Of a stretch of 64,000 nt of DNA, positions 20,684 through 30,911 are shown in pieces. A program made the position numbers and the translations under genes. Below the pieces are notes generated by a model. The model had not been told where the DNA came from, searched no databases, and saw only the letters and a list, made by a program, of their open reading frames with translations. The stretch's first letter is position 1. Each line of letters begins with the position of its first letter. This DNA is from an uncultured delta proteobacterium (GTDB taxonomy: Bacteria; Desulfobacterota; Desulfuromonadia; Desulfuromonadales; JACZKF01). The stretch lies in the NCBI GenBank assembly GCA_963816395.1, contig CAWFKQ010000006.1, positions 160,001 to 224,000 on the forward strand. The letters are read 5' to 3'.

Positions 20684-21609
20684 TTAATAGATTAGCCGCT
20701 GGGTCAACTGATAGCGGAAGAAGACGAAGATATTGAGCTTCTCCCCATGGTAACTGCGGGACAAGGCGCCGAAAGGTGAGCCATTGCGTACCGCGGCCAT
20801 GGCCTCTTGATCCAAGATCGGAAAGCCTGAACTTTCCATCAACTGCACCTTTTCCAAAGTTCCATCATGGTTCACGGAAACCTTCAGTAGGCAGGTGCCT
20901 TCCTCCCCCCGCTCCCGCGCTCCGGCCGGGTAATTCCAGACCCCGTAAATATTGTTGCGGAAGCGCCGAAAGAAGGATATCAGGATATCCTGTTCGGTAT
21001 CGAGCCATACGGCATCCCCCTCCTCGACGTCCGCGCGGTACTTCCGCCGCCACTGTTGCTCCAGTCGGGCCACCGTCGTCTGCGGCAGCTCCAGCAGGGA
21101 TTTCAACTCGGGCACCGCCTCGGTAGGGGGAGCTTCGGTGGGCTGTGGACTGGCAACTTCCGGCCGCGGTCGCGGTCGGGGAGCCGTTTCGGCCGGCCGC
21201 TCACGGAGTGCTGGAGCCGGCTTGGCGGGATGGGGCGCGGTCCTGGGGACTGCCGTCTGTGCCGGCCGGGGCGCCGGCTTCGGCGGGCTCGGGGCCTCGG
21301 GCCGCATGTCTTCCGGGGCTTCACCCTTGGGCGCCATTTCCTTTTTCACCACCTGATCGGCCGGCCCCAGGCGTTTGGCTGGGGTCTCCCGCGGCTTTTC
21401 CAACTCCGGGCGAACCGGCAGGTCGAGTTCCCGCTGTCGCGGCGGCGCGGCGGCTTCGGCGGCCGCATTTCGACATAGACCGGTGCCGGTCGGGTTGGGA
21501 CCGGGAACAGATCATGCTGCGGCAGGAGCAGGAACAAGAGCAGGTGCAGCAGCAGCGAGAAAGTGATGAATCCCAGCAGGAGAATGTCTGGCCGGCTTTT
21601 CAGTTGCAT
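20684..21609 (-). CDS. Energy transducer TonB-family protein; frameshift near 21435
   Basis: N-terminal TM with SLLLH, Pro-rich linker, C-terminal WNYP..AR..GEEG...SSG..ILD.EA. Confidence 0.85.
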
Positions 21610-21804
21610 GGGAAGCAGACAGTGCGAGTTGGCGAAATCCGTATTATACATGATTCCCCCCGCCAAAGAACCCGGAAAAGATGTAAAATATCGATGTATT
21701 TCAGCCGCCTGCGGACCGTGACGGCGGAGAAAGGCGGTTGACCGGCTGCCGCCCATCGGGTATATTCGGCCGATTCTAACCTTGTATTGGAGGAGGAGAT
21801 TGCC

Positions 21805-22806
21805 ATGCATTTAGTCGATCAGATCAAGGGAAAAGCCCGCGGTAACCGACAAACCGTCGTTCTGCCCGAGGGGTACGACGACCGGATGGTGCAGGCCGCC
21901 GGCCGGATCGTCCAGGACGGGCTGGCCAGGGTAGTGCTGCTCGGGGAACCTGCCACCCTGCGGCGGAAAGCGCAAGAGCTCGGGGCCTCTCTCGAGGGGG
22001 TGGAGTTGCTCGATCCCAAGTCCGCGCCGAAACTCGAAGCCTACATCGATGAACTGGTGGAGGTTCGCAGGAAGAAGGGGCTGTCGCGGGAGGCGGCGAA
22101 AAAACTGCTGACCGGCGAGGACAACTTGTTTTTCGGCGCCATGATGGTGCGCCGGGGTGATGCGGGAGGCGCTGTCGCCGGGGCTTTTAATACCACGGGC
22201 GATGTGTTGCGGGCCGCTTTTCAGGTTATCGGCACCGCCCCCGGCATGAAGACCGTTTCATCGGTGTTCCTCATGGTCACCAAGACTCCGGAATTCGGTG
22301 AGAACGGCACCATCCTCTTCGCCGACTGCGCAGTCAACCCCAACCCCGATGCCCAGGCCCTGGCCGAAATCGCGGTGGCCACCGCCCGCAGCTGCAAAAG
22401 TTTTCTCGGTGTCGAGGCGCGTGTCGCGATGCTTTCCTTCTCGACCAAGGGGAGCGCCAGCCATGCCGATGCCGACAAGGTGCTTAAGGCCCTGGAAATC
22501 GCCAAGGGGCTTGATCCCGCCTTGCAGATCGACGGCGAACTGCAGGCCGATGCCGCCCTGCTGCCGAAGGTCGGGGCGAAGAAGGCCCCCGGCTCGCCCG
22601 TGGCGGGGAAGGCCAACACCCTCATCTTTCCCGATCTGGATGCCGGAAATATCGGCTACAAGCTGGTCGAACGCCTCGCCGGCGCCGAAGCGGTCGGCCC
22701 GATCATCCAGGGATTGGCCAAACCGGTGAACGATCTCTCCCGCGGTTGTTCGGTGGAGGACATTATCAGTGTCGCGGCGATCACGGCGGTGCAGGCGCAG
22801 GGGTGA
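21805..22806 (+). CDS. pta: Phosphate acetyltransferase (short form)
   Basis: [41 protein letters not shown]. Confidence 0.96.
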   Translation: MHLVDQIKGKARGNRQTVVLPEGYDDRMVQAAGRIVQDGLARVVLLGEPATLRRKAQELGASLEGVELLDPKSAPKLEAYIDELVEVRRKKGLSREAAKKLLTGEDNLFFGAMMVRRGDAGGAVAGAFNTTGDVLRAAFQVIGTAPGMKTVSSVFLMVTKTPEFGENGTILFADCAVNPNPDAQALAEIAVATARSCKSFLGVEARVAMLSFSTKGSASHADADKVLKALEIAKGLDPALQIDGELQADAALLPKVGAKKAPGSPVAGKANTLIFPDLDAGNIGYKLVERLAGAEAVGPIIQGLAKPVNDLSRGCSVEDIISVAAITAVQAQG

Positions 22807-22816
22807 TCCGTGTGAG

Positions 22817-22841
22817 GTAGGGGGCGACGCATGCGTCGCCC
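22817..22841. repeat. GTAG-type REP-like palindrome
   Basis: GTAG followed by perfect 20-bp palindrome gggcgacgcatgcgtcgccc. Confidence 0.6.
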
Positions 22842-22849
22842 TGTCAGCG

Positions 22850-22892
22850 AAAAAGAAGCAGGCCGGCGGAATTTCCGCCGGCCTGCTTCTTT
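22850..22892. terminator. Bidirectional terminator between convergent pta and ackA
   Basis: aaagaagcaggccggcggaa / ttccgccggcctgcttcttt long perfect stem. Confidence 0.85.
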
Positions 22893-22937
22893 GAATCCGG
22901 GTTCACTGATATCAGGGCGCTGCGCCCCTGCGCCAAA

Positions 22938-24203
22938 TCATTTTCTCTGGAAATCCGCCCGGGCGAAAGAATATTTGAAGTTCATGTGGTCGGTGTAGGT
23001 TCCTTCGAGAATGGCGACCACATCTTCGGTGAAGACCAGTTCCTCGTCCGTGGGGATGACGAAGACCTTGACTGGTGAGTCGGGTTGGGTGAGGACGCTT
23101 TCCTTTTTGCGGGTCATGGTGTTGCGGTTCTTCTCCCGATCCAGGTGGATGCCCATGAACTCCAGTCCTTCCAGGGCCTTTTCCCGGATCAGCCAAGCCA
23201 TCTCCCCCACTCCGGCGGTGAAGACTACTGCGTCGATGCCGCCGATGGCGGCGGCGTAGGAGCCGATATATTTTTTCAGCCGGTAAGCTTCAATCTCAAG
23301 TGCCAGGGCGCAGCGGGCACAGCCGTCATTCATCCCCTCGATGACATCGCGGCGGTCGGTGTACTGGCCGGTAATGCCCAGCACCCCCGATTTCTTGTTG
23401 AGGATGGAGTCGATCTCTTTCGGGGTAAAACCTTCCCGCTCCATGATAAAGGCCGGAATGGCCGGATCGATATCGCCGCAGCGGGTCCCCATGACCGCCC
23501 CCTCCAGGGGGGTGAGGCCCATGGAGGTATCGACCGATCTGCCGCCTCTGATGGCGCAGTGGGAAACGCCATTGCCGATGTGCATGGTGATGAGGTTGCA
23601 ATCCTTGGGGTCCTTGCCGAGCAGAACAGCCGCCCGCTTGGAAACGTAAAGGTGGCTGGTGCCGTGAAAACCGTAGCGGCGCACGCCGTATTTCTCATAC
23701 CATTCGAAAGGGAGGGGATAGGTGAAGGCGTGCTGCGGCATGGTCTGATGAAAGGCGGTATCGAAGATAGCCACGTGCGGCACGTCGGGCAGAACCGACT
23801 GCGCCGCCTCAATACCGGCGATATTCGGTGGATTGTGCAAGGGAGCCAGGTGCTGCACCTCTTTGATGGCACTGAGCACCGTTTCGTCGATCAACACCGA
23901 GCAGATGAACTTTTCCCCGCCGTGTACCACCCGGTGACCGACCGCCGAGATCTGGCTCATGTCGCCAACCACCCCGTGCGCCTTGCCGGTGAGAGTCTTG
24001 ATGATCAGATGGATCGCCACCTGATGATCGGGACATTCATATTCTTCCCGGTAGGTTTCCCGCCCGGGAACTTCGTGAATGATGAACGAATCACCGATGG
24101 TCACCCGCTCGACCATCCCTCTGGCGACCACTTCTTTCTTGGTCCAGTCGAAGAGCTGGTATTTTACCGACGAACTGCCGCAGTTCAGGGCAAGGATATC
24201 CAT
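22938..24203 (-). CDS. ackA: Acetate kinase
   Basis: LNCGSSSVK, GHRVVHGG, APLHNP, RRYGFHGTSH, FTAGVGE. Confidence 0.97.
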   Translation of the reverse strand: MDILALNCGSSSVKYQLFDWTKKEVVARGMVERVTIGDSFIIHEVPGRETYREEYECPDHQVAIHLIIKTLTGKAHGVVGDMSQISAVGHRVVHGGEKFICSVLIDETVLSAIKEVQHLAPLHNPPNIAGIEAAQSVLPDVPHVAIFDTAFHQTMPQHAFTYPLPFEWYEKYGVRRYGFHGTSHLYVSKRAAVLLGKDPKDCNLITMHIGNGVSHCAIRGGRSVDTSMGLTPLEGAVMGTRCGDIDPAIPAFIMEREGFTPKEIDSILNKKSGVLGITGQYTDRRDVIEGMNDGCARCALALEIEAYRLKKYIGSYAAAIGGIDAVVFTAGVGEMAWLIREKALEGLEFMGIHLDREKNRNTMTRKKESVLTQPDSPVKVFVIPTDEELVFTEDVVAILEGTYTDHMNFKYSFARADFQRK

Positions 24204-24508
24204 TGAATTCTAGCCTCCTCACGAAATTGACCAACTACTCCACTTATCCCAGGAAAGAACGATGTTATGATCGCGCCTACCGAAAAGCCGGCCGGCCAGG
24301 TCGTTCATCCCCCGAAGTTCTTGTCCTGGATTGAGCTGGAGGGTGGAAAAAAGGTTTTAAAAGACTATAGGAAGGTCATCGGAATTGCAAGCAGATTGTT
24401 GCCGCCCAGGAGTGAAAGAGGGTGGACAAGAGGCGGCGTTCCGGTGTATCCTGCCGTCCAGAAAAATCATTTAATTTCTCACAACACAACCCAAGGAGGA
24501 AAAGTACG

Positions 24509-24679
24509 ATGGCCTATACCATTACTGAAGAATGCATAAACTGCGGCGCCTGTGAGCCGGTCTGCCCGGTCAACGCCATCAGCGAGCAGGGTGACGTTCG
24601 AGTGATCGATGCGGCGACCTGCACCGACTGCGGCGCTTGCGCCGATACCTGCCCGGTGGATGCCATTATGGCACCCTGA
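24509..24679 (+). CDS. 2[4Fe-4S] ferredoxin
   Basis: [12 protein letters not shown] and [23 protein letters not shown]. Confidence 0.95.
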   Translation: MAYTITEECINCGACEPVCPVNAISEQGDVRVIDAATCTDCGACADTCPVDAIMAP

Positions 24680-24744
24680 CAACCCGGCACTCTCCTGTCT
24701 TCTCCCTTTTGACCGGCCCCCATTCCAGGGGCGGGAGGTTTTCA

Positions 24745-24951
24745 ATGTTCGGACTTGGCACCACAGAACTGATCCTCATTCTCGTCCTGGTTCTCATCAT
24801 TTTCGGTGCCGGCAAGCTGCCGGAAATCGGCGGCGCTCTTGGCAAGGGCATCCGCAGCTTCCGTAAAGCCAACCAGGAGCGCGATGAGATCGATGTCACG
24901 CCGGACAAGGAAGTGAAAAAAGAAGAGAAAGAGAAGAAGGACCAGGGATAA
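24745..24951 (+). CDS. tatA: Twin-arginine translocase TatA/E subunit
   Basis: [37 protein letters not shown]. Confidence 0.93.
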   Translation: MFGLGTTELILILVLVLIIFGAGKLPEIGGALGKGIRSFRKANQERDEIDVTPDKEVKKEEKEKKDQG

Positions 24952-24972
24952 TCCTGGCCTCGCCGGGAAATG

Positions 24973-25006
24973 AAAAAGCCGCCCTCTTGCCGGGGCGGCT
25001 TTTTTT
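24973..25006. terminator. Bidirectional terminator
   Basis: aaaaagccgccc / gggcggcttttt. Confidence 0.8.
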
Positions 25007-25034
25007 ATTCAGGGGACTAGCGTCGAGCGGCCGG

Positions 25035-26519
25035 TCAGCCTGCCCCCGGTTTGGAATCGGTCACTTCAACGGTGAATTCGGCCAGGTCGGACGGCAGGTT
25101 CTTGAAGACAATGGTGAACGGGATCGCTTTGCCGGGGCCGACATTGAGGTTGGACAGGGAATCCCCGAACTGGTTGTTCATTCTCTCTTCGATTTTGGCG
25201 AAGGGGAGAGAATGCAGCGCGTCTTCATTCAACGGATTGCCGGAAAAAACAGTCTGCTGGAGGAGTGCCTTGCCGGATTTGTTGTACAGCACCCCTTTCA
25301 CGGCAATGGCAGAGCGGGCCTCGGGGAAAGCGTTGGTCGCCCGGCCTTGAATGACGAAAAGCTGCCCGGTTTCGTCGTTGGTGACGAAAGAGCCGTTCAG
25401 ATCGCTCAAGCGGATTTCCCCGGCGGCGGCCGGCGGCGGCGCATCGCCGGTAATACGGGCGACCAGCGATGTCAGGTCGGGAATCCCGCCCTGCCAGAAA
25501 AAGTAGGCGGCGGCAGCGCTGAGAGCCAGCAGCAGCAGAACGACAAAGACGAAAACGCCACTGATCGGGCTCTTGCGTCGGCGCCGGGCGGGCATCGGCA
25601 GAGGCTCCACCAGTGGCTCCGAGCCCCTTCTTTCTTCCCTTGCCGGCACTGCGGGGGCGGCTTCCGGTGGGCGAATTTCCGGATCGGCGAAAGAAACCTC
25701 CGCCGGCGGGAGTGATTCGGGGGTGTCCTCACCGAAACTGATGTTGCTGAAATCAAATTCCTCGCTGTCATCGGTCGGCTCGGCCGGAGTAAAATCGAAA
25801 TCGTCCGCCGGTCCGTCTCCCGGGGCCGGTGCGCTCCAGGCCGATTCGCTCTCCTCGAAGGCGAAATCATCCCCCCCCAGGGAAAACTCGTCGGTGGTGC
25901 CGGAGGTTGCTTCCTCATCGACGGTAAAATCGTCGGGTCCGGAGGCCTGAAAGGAGAAGGCATCCGCTTCCTCTTCCCCGGCTGGAAGCTCGCCAAAAGC
26001 GAATTCATCCTCCGTCCCAGCGTCCTCGGGCGGCGAATATTCGGTCTCCTCAAAGGCGAAAGCCGAGGGAGCGATGGTTTCTTCCTCGGTCTCCGTCTCT
26101 CCCTCCCCGAAAGGAATGGAACGGGTGGTGGAATCAGGCAGCTCTGAACTCACTTCCCGGGCGGCATCTGGCGTCGGTTCCGGAAAGGAAAAGTTGCCGG
26201 CGCTCTCGGTTTCTTCCTGGCTGGAAAAATCAGGGAAGGCGACGGCAGCGGCTGTTTCGCTATTGTCGTCGGTCGCTGCCGGGGAGGAATCCCCGGCAGC
26301 GGGTACGCTCTCCATATTGAAAGCACCGAAATCAACTTCCTCCTCCCGGGGCGCCGGTTCATCTGCGGGCACCTCGGGGGCCGGCTCGGGCGCCTCCGCC
26401 GGCGGCAGCACCGAGAAGATGTGCCGGCAACGCGAGCAGCGAACTTTGATCCCTTCGGGTTTTATCTTTTCATCCGCCAGCTTGAACCGGGTCTGGCAAT
26501 CAGGGCACTGGATGACCAT
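25035..26519 (-). CDS. MJ0042-type zinc-ribbon + acidic linker + TM + DUF3426-like protein
   Basis: CPDCQTRF...VRCSRC; long D/E/F-rich low-complexity linker; single TM; C-terminal beta domain. Confidence 0.8.
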   Translation of the reverse strand: MVIQCPDCQTRFKLADEKIKPEGIKVRCSRCRHIFSVLPPAEAPEPAPEVPADEPAPREEEVDFGAFNMESVPAAGDSSPAATDDNSETAAAVAFPDFSSQEETESAGNFSFPEPTPDAAREVSSELPDSTTRSIPFGEGETETEEETIAPSAFAFEETEYSPPEDAGTEDEFAFGELPAGEEEADAFSFQASGPDDFTVDEEATSGTTDEFSLGGDDFAFEESESAWSAPAPGDGPADDFDFTPAEPTDDSEEFDFSNISFGEDTPESLPPAEVSFADPEIRPPEAAPAVPAREERRGSEPLVEPLPMPARRRRKSPISGVFVFVVLLLLALSAAAAYFFWQGGIPDLTSLVARITGDAPPPAAAGEIRLSDLNGSFVTNDETGQLFVIQGRATNAFPEARSAIAVKGVLYNKSGKALLQQTVFSGNPLNEDALHSLPFAKIEERMNNQFGDSLSNLNVGPGKAIPFTIVFKNLPSDLAEFTVEVTDSKPGAG

Positions 26520-26540
26520 GTAAATTCTCCTTCAGGCTGA

Positions 26541-27068
26541 TCAGATGCCTTCCAGCAGATAAATGTCCGGCAGGTTGCGATAGCGTTCATCGTAATCAAG
26601 GCCATAGCCGACGATGAATCCCTCCTCCATGGTCAGGCCGACGTAATCGGCCTTGAGGTTCACTTCCCGCCTGCCGCGTTTATCGATCAGAGTGCAGACC
26701 CGCACGGAGCGGGCCTCGCGCAGCAGCAGCCGATGGTAAAGGGTTTCCAGGGTATTGCCGCTGTCGATTATGTCTTCGACGATCAGGACATCTCGCCCCC
26801 GCAGCGAGGTTTCCAGGTCATAACGGATCTCGACAATTCCTGAGGAGCGGGTTTCAGAACCATAACTGGCCAGGCGGACGAAATCGATCATCAGCGGGAC
26901 ACGGATGGCGCGCACCAGATCGGCAAAGAAAAGGAAGGAGCCTTTCAGTACGCCGACTGCCAGGATTTCCTGATCACGGTAGTCACGGCTGATTTCTGCC
27001 GCCAACCGTCCTATTTGGTTCTCGATTTCCGCCCGGGGAAAAAGCAGTTTCAGCGCAGGCTCGGGCAT
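26541..27068 (-). CDS. hpt: Hypoxanthine phosphoribosyltransferase
   Basis: GVLKGSF.F.ADL, LIVEDIIDSGNT, FIVGYGLDY.E.YRNLP. Confidence 0.95.
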   Translation of the reverse strand: MPEPALKLLFPRAEIENQIGRLAAEISRDYRDQEILAVGVLKGSFLFFADLVRAIRVPLMIDFVRLASYGSETRSSGIVEIRYDLETSLRGRDVLIVEDIIDSGNTLETLYHRLLLREARSVRVCTLIDKRGRREVNLKADYVGLTMEEGFIVGYGLDYDERYRNLPDIYLLEGI

Positions 27069-27226
27069 GATACTCCAGGGTGAGGGGGAAAACAAGGGAC
27101 GCGGGGCTTATTCTATAGCAAGGGCGCACCCTTGTGTCAATTTTTTCCATGGACCGGAGTAGGTGGGTAGAAGAAATCGTGCTATGATTCCGGCCGCAGA
27201 ATAAACCGCCTGGAAAGGATGATGAT

Positions 27227-27916
27227 ATGCGATTCAGTCTGAATGCACTGCTGTTGCTTCTCGGTCTGTGCTGGACGATGCCGGTTTTTGCCGGAACGCC
27301 CGCACTGGTGATCGAAAATCCGGATTTCAATTTCGGGGAGGTTTTGCAGGGGAGGGCGGTAGAACACATCTATACCTTCCGCAATGCCGGCGATCAGACC
27401 CTGGTCATCAGCCGGGTGCGCAGTTCCTGCGGCTGTACCGCGGCGCTGCTTTCGGCATCGGAAGTCCCCCCCAGTGGCAGCGGGGAGGTGCGCGCTACCT
27501 TCAATTCGGGCCGCTTTCGCGGACCGGTGGAGAAGAGCATCTACCTTTACACCAATGATCCCCGGCAGGCTGCCGTTGTCCTGCGCCTGCGCGGCACGGT
27601 CCGACCGGAACTCGAGGCGGTGCCGGCAGAAGTCAACCTGGGGGAACTCGTTTCGGGAGAGCGCAGGGAAGCCCGGGTGATTCTGACCAACCGCGGAGAT
27701 AGTGTGATCACTCTGACCGCCGCCCGGGCGACCCATCCGTCCCTGCAGGTAACCATGGCTTCCCAGTCGCTCCCTCCCGGCAAGAGCACCGACCTGATTA
27801 TCCGCGCTGTCCCCTCCGGCCAGGAGACGGTGAACGGCTATGTCATCGTTCGGACCGACAGCCCCCGGATGCCGGAACTCCGCATCGGAGTGTACGGTTA
27901 CGCGCCTTCCCGGTAA
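27227..27916 (+). CDS. Exported DUF1573-domain protein
   Basis: Signal peptide; FNFGEV...F.N.G...L.I..V..SCGCT. Confidence 0.8.
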   Translation: MRFSLNALLLLLGLCWTMPVFAGTPALVIENPDFNFGEVLQGRAVEHIYTFRNAGDQTLVISRVRSSCGCTAALLSASEVPPSGSGEVRATFNSGRFRGPVEKSIYLYTNDPRQAAVVLRLRGTVRPELEAVPAEVNLGELVSGERREARVILTNRGDSVITLTAARATHPSLQVTMASQSLPPGKSTDLIIRAVPSGQETVNGYVIVRTDSPRMPELRIGVYGYAPSR

Positions 27917-27920
27917 GGCA

Positions 27921-28871
27921 TTATTGCCGGTCCGGGAAAAGGGCGACTATGTAGTCGAGAACCCGGTCCTCCAGCGCCGCGCCGGTCAATGCGTTCATCT
28001 CCCGCAGGCAGGACGGGCTGGTGATGTTCACCTCCAGCACCAGCCCATCGACGATATCCACTCCGGCCAGATGGATCTGCTCCCGCACCAGCCAGGGGCG
28101 GAGCCGCCGGCAGACTGCGCGATCTGCCGGCGTCAGCTCACAGGGGACGCAGTGTCCGCCGGCATTGATGTTGGAGCGGAAATCCCCTGCCGCCGGCACT
28201 CGCCGCAGCCAGCCCAGGAGCTCTCCCCCCAGCAGCAATATCCGCTTGTCCCCCCTGTCTATGCCTGGCAGAAAACGCTGCCCCTGCACGAAGTGCTTCC
28301 CGTGGTCGGTCGCCTGCGCCAAGCGGGCGGCGGCTTCCGGATCACCATGATTCAGGACAAAAATTCCGCGGCCGCTGCAGTCCTCCAGAGGTTTGACGAC
28401 CATCCGCCCGTGTCGTTCGAGGAAATCCAGCAGGTCGGATACCGCCGCTGCAACCACCGTCTCCGGCATCATCCCGGGAAAGTAGAGGGGGATCAGCTTC
28501 TCCCCATGCAGGCGCAGCGCCCGGGCCGGGTTAACCTGTACCACCGAGGCCGGCAGCCGGTCGAGAATGGCAGTCGCCTGCAGGTAGGCGGCATCGACCG
28601 GGGGATCCTTGCGCATGAAGACGGCGGCTATCGTCGTCAGATCGAGATCGATGGCGGCACCGCTTCGAAACATCTCCTCACCCGGGGAAAAGGTGACGGG
28701 GCGGGCCCGGGCTCGCGGCTGTTCCCCTTCCAGGCGCAGATCCGCCAGGGTGCAGAAGAAAACCTGCTGCTCATGCCGCAGAGCGGATCGCATCAATGCC
28801 AGGGAGGTGTCAGTAGGGGGATCGAGCCGCTCGGGCGGATCGAGGACAAAGAGAGCTATTGGGGAGGACAT
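27921..28871 (-). CDS. gshB: Glutathione synthetase (prokaryotic ATP-grasp)
   Basis: DTSLALM, MRKDPP, EKL, KPL, GDKRI, DFRSNINAGG, EVNITSP. Confidence 0.85.
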   Translation of the reverse strand: MSSPIALFVLDPPERLDPPTDTSLALMRSALRHEQQVFFCTLADLRLEGEQPRARARPVTFSPGEEMFRSGAAIDLDLTTIAAVFMRKDPPVDAAYLQATAILDRLPASVVQVNPARALRLHGEKLIPLYFPGMMPETVVAAAVSDLLDFLERHGRMVVKPLEDCSGRGIFVLNHGDPEAAARLAQATDHGKHFVQGQRFLPGIDRGDKRILLLGGELLGWLRRVPAAGDFRSNINAGGHCVPCELTPADRAVCRRLRPWLVREQIHLAGVDIVDGLVLEVNITSPSCLREMNALTGAALEDRVLDYIVALFPDRQ

Positions 28872-29086
28872 CGTTTACTCGCCTGATGATCGAAGAAGGA
28901 ATGGAATGGCTATAATCTACTGGGACTATAATTCAGATGCAACTTTTCGGCGATATTTCAGATGTTGGATAGTGCCGTCAGATTACTCCGCACGCCCTGT
29001 TGCCAGGTGCTGCCCTGAAATTCCCTAGATTAGGCTCTTCCGTTGAGGCGCAGCAAGGGCCGGAGCGGGCGCGCGGCAATTTGCAG

Positions 29087-29115
29087 TTGCAATCCGGGCA
29101 AGGATGCGGTATATA
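29087..29115 (+). promoter_or_regulatory. Sigma70-type promoter of tRNA-Arg
   Basis: TTGCAA-17 nt-TATATA, 11 nt before the tRNA. Confidence 0.6.
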
Positions 29116-29126
29116 CACCAATTCGA

Positions 29127-29203
<77 letters not shown>

Positions 29204-29209
29204 AAATAT

Positions 29210-29243
29210 CAAGGGGTTTGCCAGTTGTTGGCGAACCCCTTTT
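29210..29243 (+). terminator. Terminator-like hairpin after tRNA
   Basis: aaggggtttgcca / tggcgaacccctttt. Confidence 0.65.
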
Positions 29244-29497
29244 CTCTTTATGCCGCTTTCCGGGAGTGCTCATCAGGGGCGTTGTCGGGTGGGCTGAAAG
29301 GGGAAAGGCAATGGGGAAGAAGGGCTGGCGGGGAACCTCTGCAGAGTGAAAACTGTTGAATTGGCGAAGCGTTTGGTGTAGTTTGCACTATCTTCGCTCC
29401 GCTCGGAATCACCGAATCCAACTGGCTCTCGAGGGAGCCTTTTAATCTTCCGGGGCAGCCCGCCCCGAGAGTGACTATGATGACTCGGGAGGCAACC

Positions 29498-30082
29498 ATG
29501 AAAATCCAGAAGCCGTGGCAGCTGGGAGCGATTCTGATCGCTTTGTCTTTTTCGCTCATCACCGGCAGCGATGCACTCGCCGGGGAAACAGTTGTCTACA
29601 CTAAGTACAACATCCATGTGCAGGATCAAGTGGACCGCCGCGGCAATCACCGGTATCAAGCGAGTTACGCCAACTACACCGATCCCGGCACCGGCCACCT
29701 GATCATCCCGGCCGGCTCGCCGATTGTCATCGAGAAGAAGAACCGCAAGCAGTTCCTGTTTCTGTCCCAGAAAAACAATATCGAGGTCGAATTCGAGTTC
29801 CACGAGCCGCGGATGGGGATGAGCGTAGATCAGTATATCGATCTCATCACCTCGCCTTCACCGGTTTCCCTGAGCAAGCTTTCCAAACAGGACCGCCATG
29901 GGGTCGAGGAAGGAAAGGCCAGTATCGGCATGACCAAAGAAGGGGTCCTTGCCGCTCTGGGCTATCCGGCCGCCCATCGCACCCCTTCCCTGGACGCCGA
30001 CGAGTGGGTCTACTGGACCAACCGGTTCAAGTCGATCGCCGTCGATTTCGAAAATGGAAAAGTCCGGCAGGTTCGCCGGTGA
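29498..30082 (+). CDS. Exported protein with C-terminal SmpA/OmlA (BamE)-like motif; first gene of the lipid cluster
   Basis: Signal peptide; IGMTKEGVLAALGYP...W.YW...V.FENGKV. Confidence 0.65.
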   Translation: MKIQKPWQLGAILIALSFSLITGSDALAGETVVYTKYNIHVQDQVDRRGNHRYQASYANYTDPGTGHLIIPAGSPIVIEKKNRKQFLFLSQKNNIEVEFEFHEPRMGMSVDQYIDLITSPSPVSLSKLSKQDRHGVEEGKASIGMTKEGVLAALGYPAAHRTPSLDADEWVYWTNRFKSIAVDFENGKVRQVRR

Positions 30083-30130
30083 ATTTCCCGCGCCGCCGGT
30101 TCGCCGGCGGCCGTATGCAGGTGCACGCGC

Positions 30131-30859
30131 ATGAGTAATGGCAGAATTGCACTGGTGACCGGCGGCAGTCGGGGAATCGGGGCGGCGATCGCCCTCGCCC
30201 TGGCGGGGGACGGTTATGATATCTGGCTGAATTTCCGCAGCGACCGGGATGCCGCCGGGCAGGTTGCCCGCGCCGTGGAGCAGGCCGGCAGGACCTGTCG
30301 CCTGCTCCCTTTTGATGTGGCCGATGCCGGGGCGGCAAAAGCCGCTCTGGAGCCGCTTCTCGAAGGGGAAGTCCCCTTCGTCCTGGTCAACAACGCCGGG
30401 TTTGCCAGAGATACCCTGATGATCTGGATGAAGCAGGAGGAATGGAAAGACGTTCTCGCCGTCCACCTGGACGGATTCTTCCATGTGACCAAGCTGGTCC
30501 TCAACCAGATGCTCAAAAAGCGGCAGGGGAGAATAATCAACATCGTCTCCACCTCCGGCCAGAGCGGCATGCCTGGCCAGGTCAACTATTCGGCGGCCAA
30601 GGCGGGCCTGATCGGCGCCAGCCGGGCCCTGGCGGCCGAAGTCGCCAAGCGCAACATCCTCGTCAATGCGGTCTCCCCCGGATTCATCGAAACGGAGATG
30701 ATCAAGGACCTGCCCCGAGAAAGGATTCTGTCGATGATTCCCCTGGGACGGGTCGGCAGGCCGGAAGAAGTGGCAGGGGTGGTCAGCTTTCTCTGTTCGG
30801 AGAAGGCTTCCTACGTCACCGGACAGGTGATCTCCGTGAACGGCGGCACTTACATGTGA
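30131..30859 (+). CDS. fabG: 3-oxoacyl-ACP reductase (FabG/ApeQ-like)
   Basis: TGGSRGIG, NNAG, YSAAK, PGFIETEM. Confidence 0.92.
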   Translation: MSNGRIALVTGGSRGIGAAIALALAGDGYDIWLNFRSDRDAAGQVARAVEQAGRTCRLLPFDVADAGAAKAALEPLLEGEVPFVLVNNAGFARDTLMIWMKQEEWKDVLAVHLDGFFHVTKLVLNQMLKKRQGRIINIVSTSGQSGMPGQVNYSAAKAGLIGASRALAAEVAKRNILVNAVSPGFIETEMIKDLPRERILSMIPLGRVGRPEEVAGVVSFLCSEKASYVTGQVISVNGGTYM

Positions 30860-30911
30860 TATTCGACCGGACCTCGTTCCGGCGTTGATGTTTCCCTCCG
30901 CAAGGAAGTTC

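Noticed and set aside
28910..28983. Short direct repeats ctataat x2 and tcagat x3 upstream of gshB
   Set aside because: Irregular spacing and short length; compatible with chance in an AT-richer promoter region
29362..29388. Sigma54 promoter upstream of the lipid cluster
   Set aside because: GG and GC elements are not at the required -24/-12 spacing
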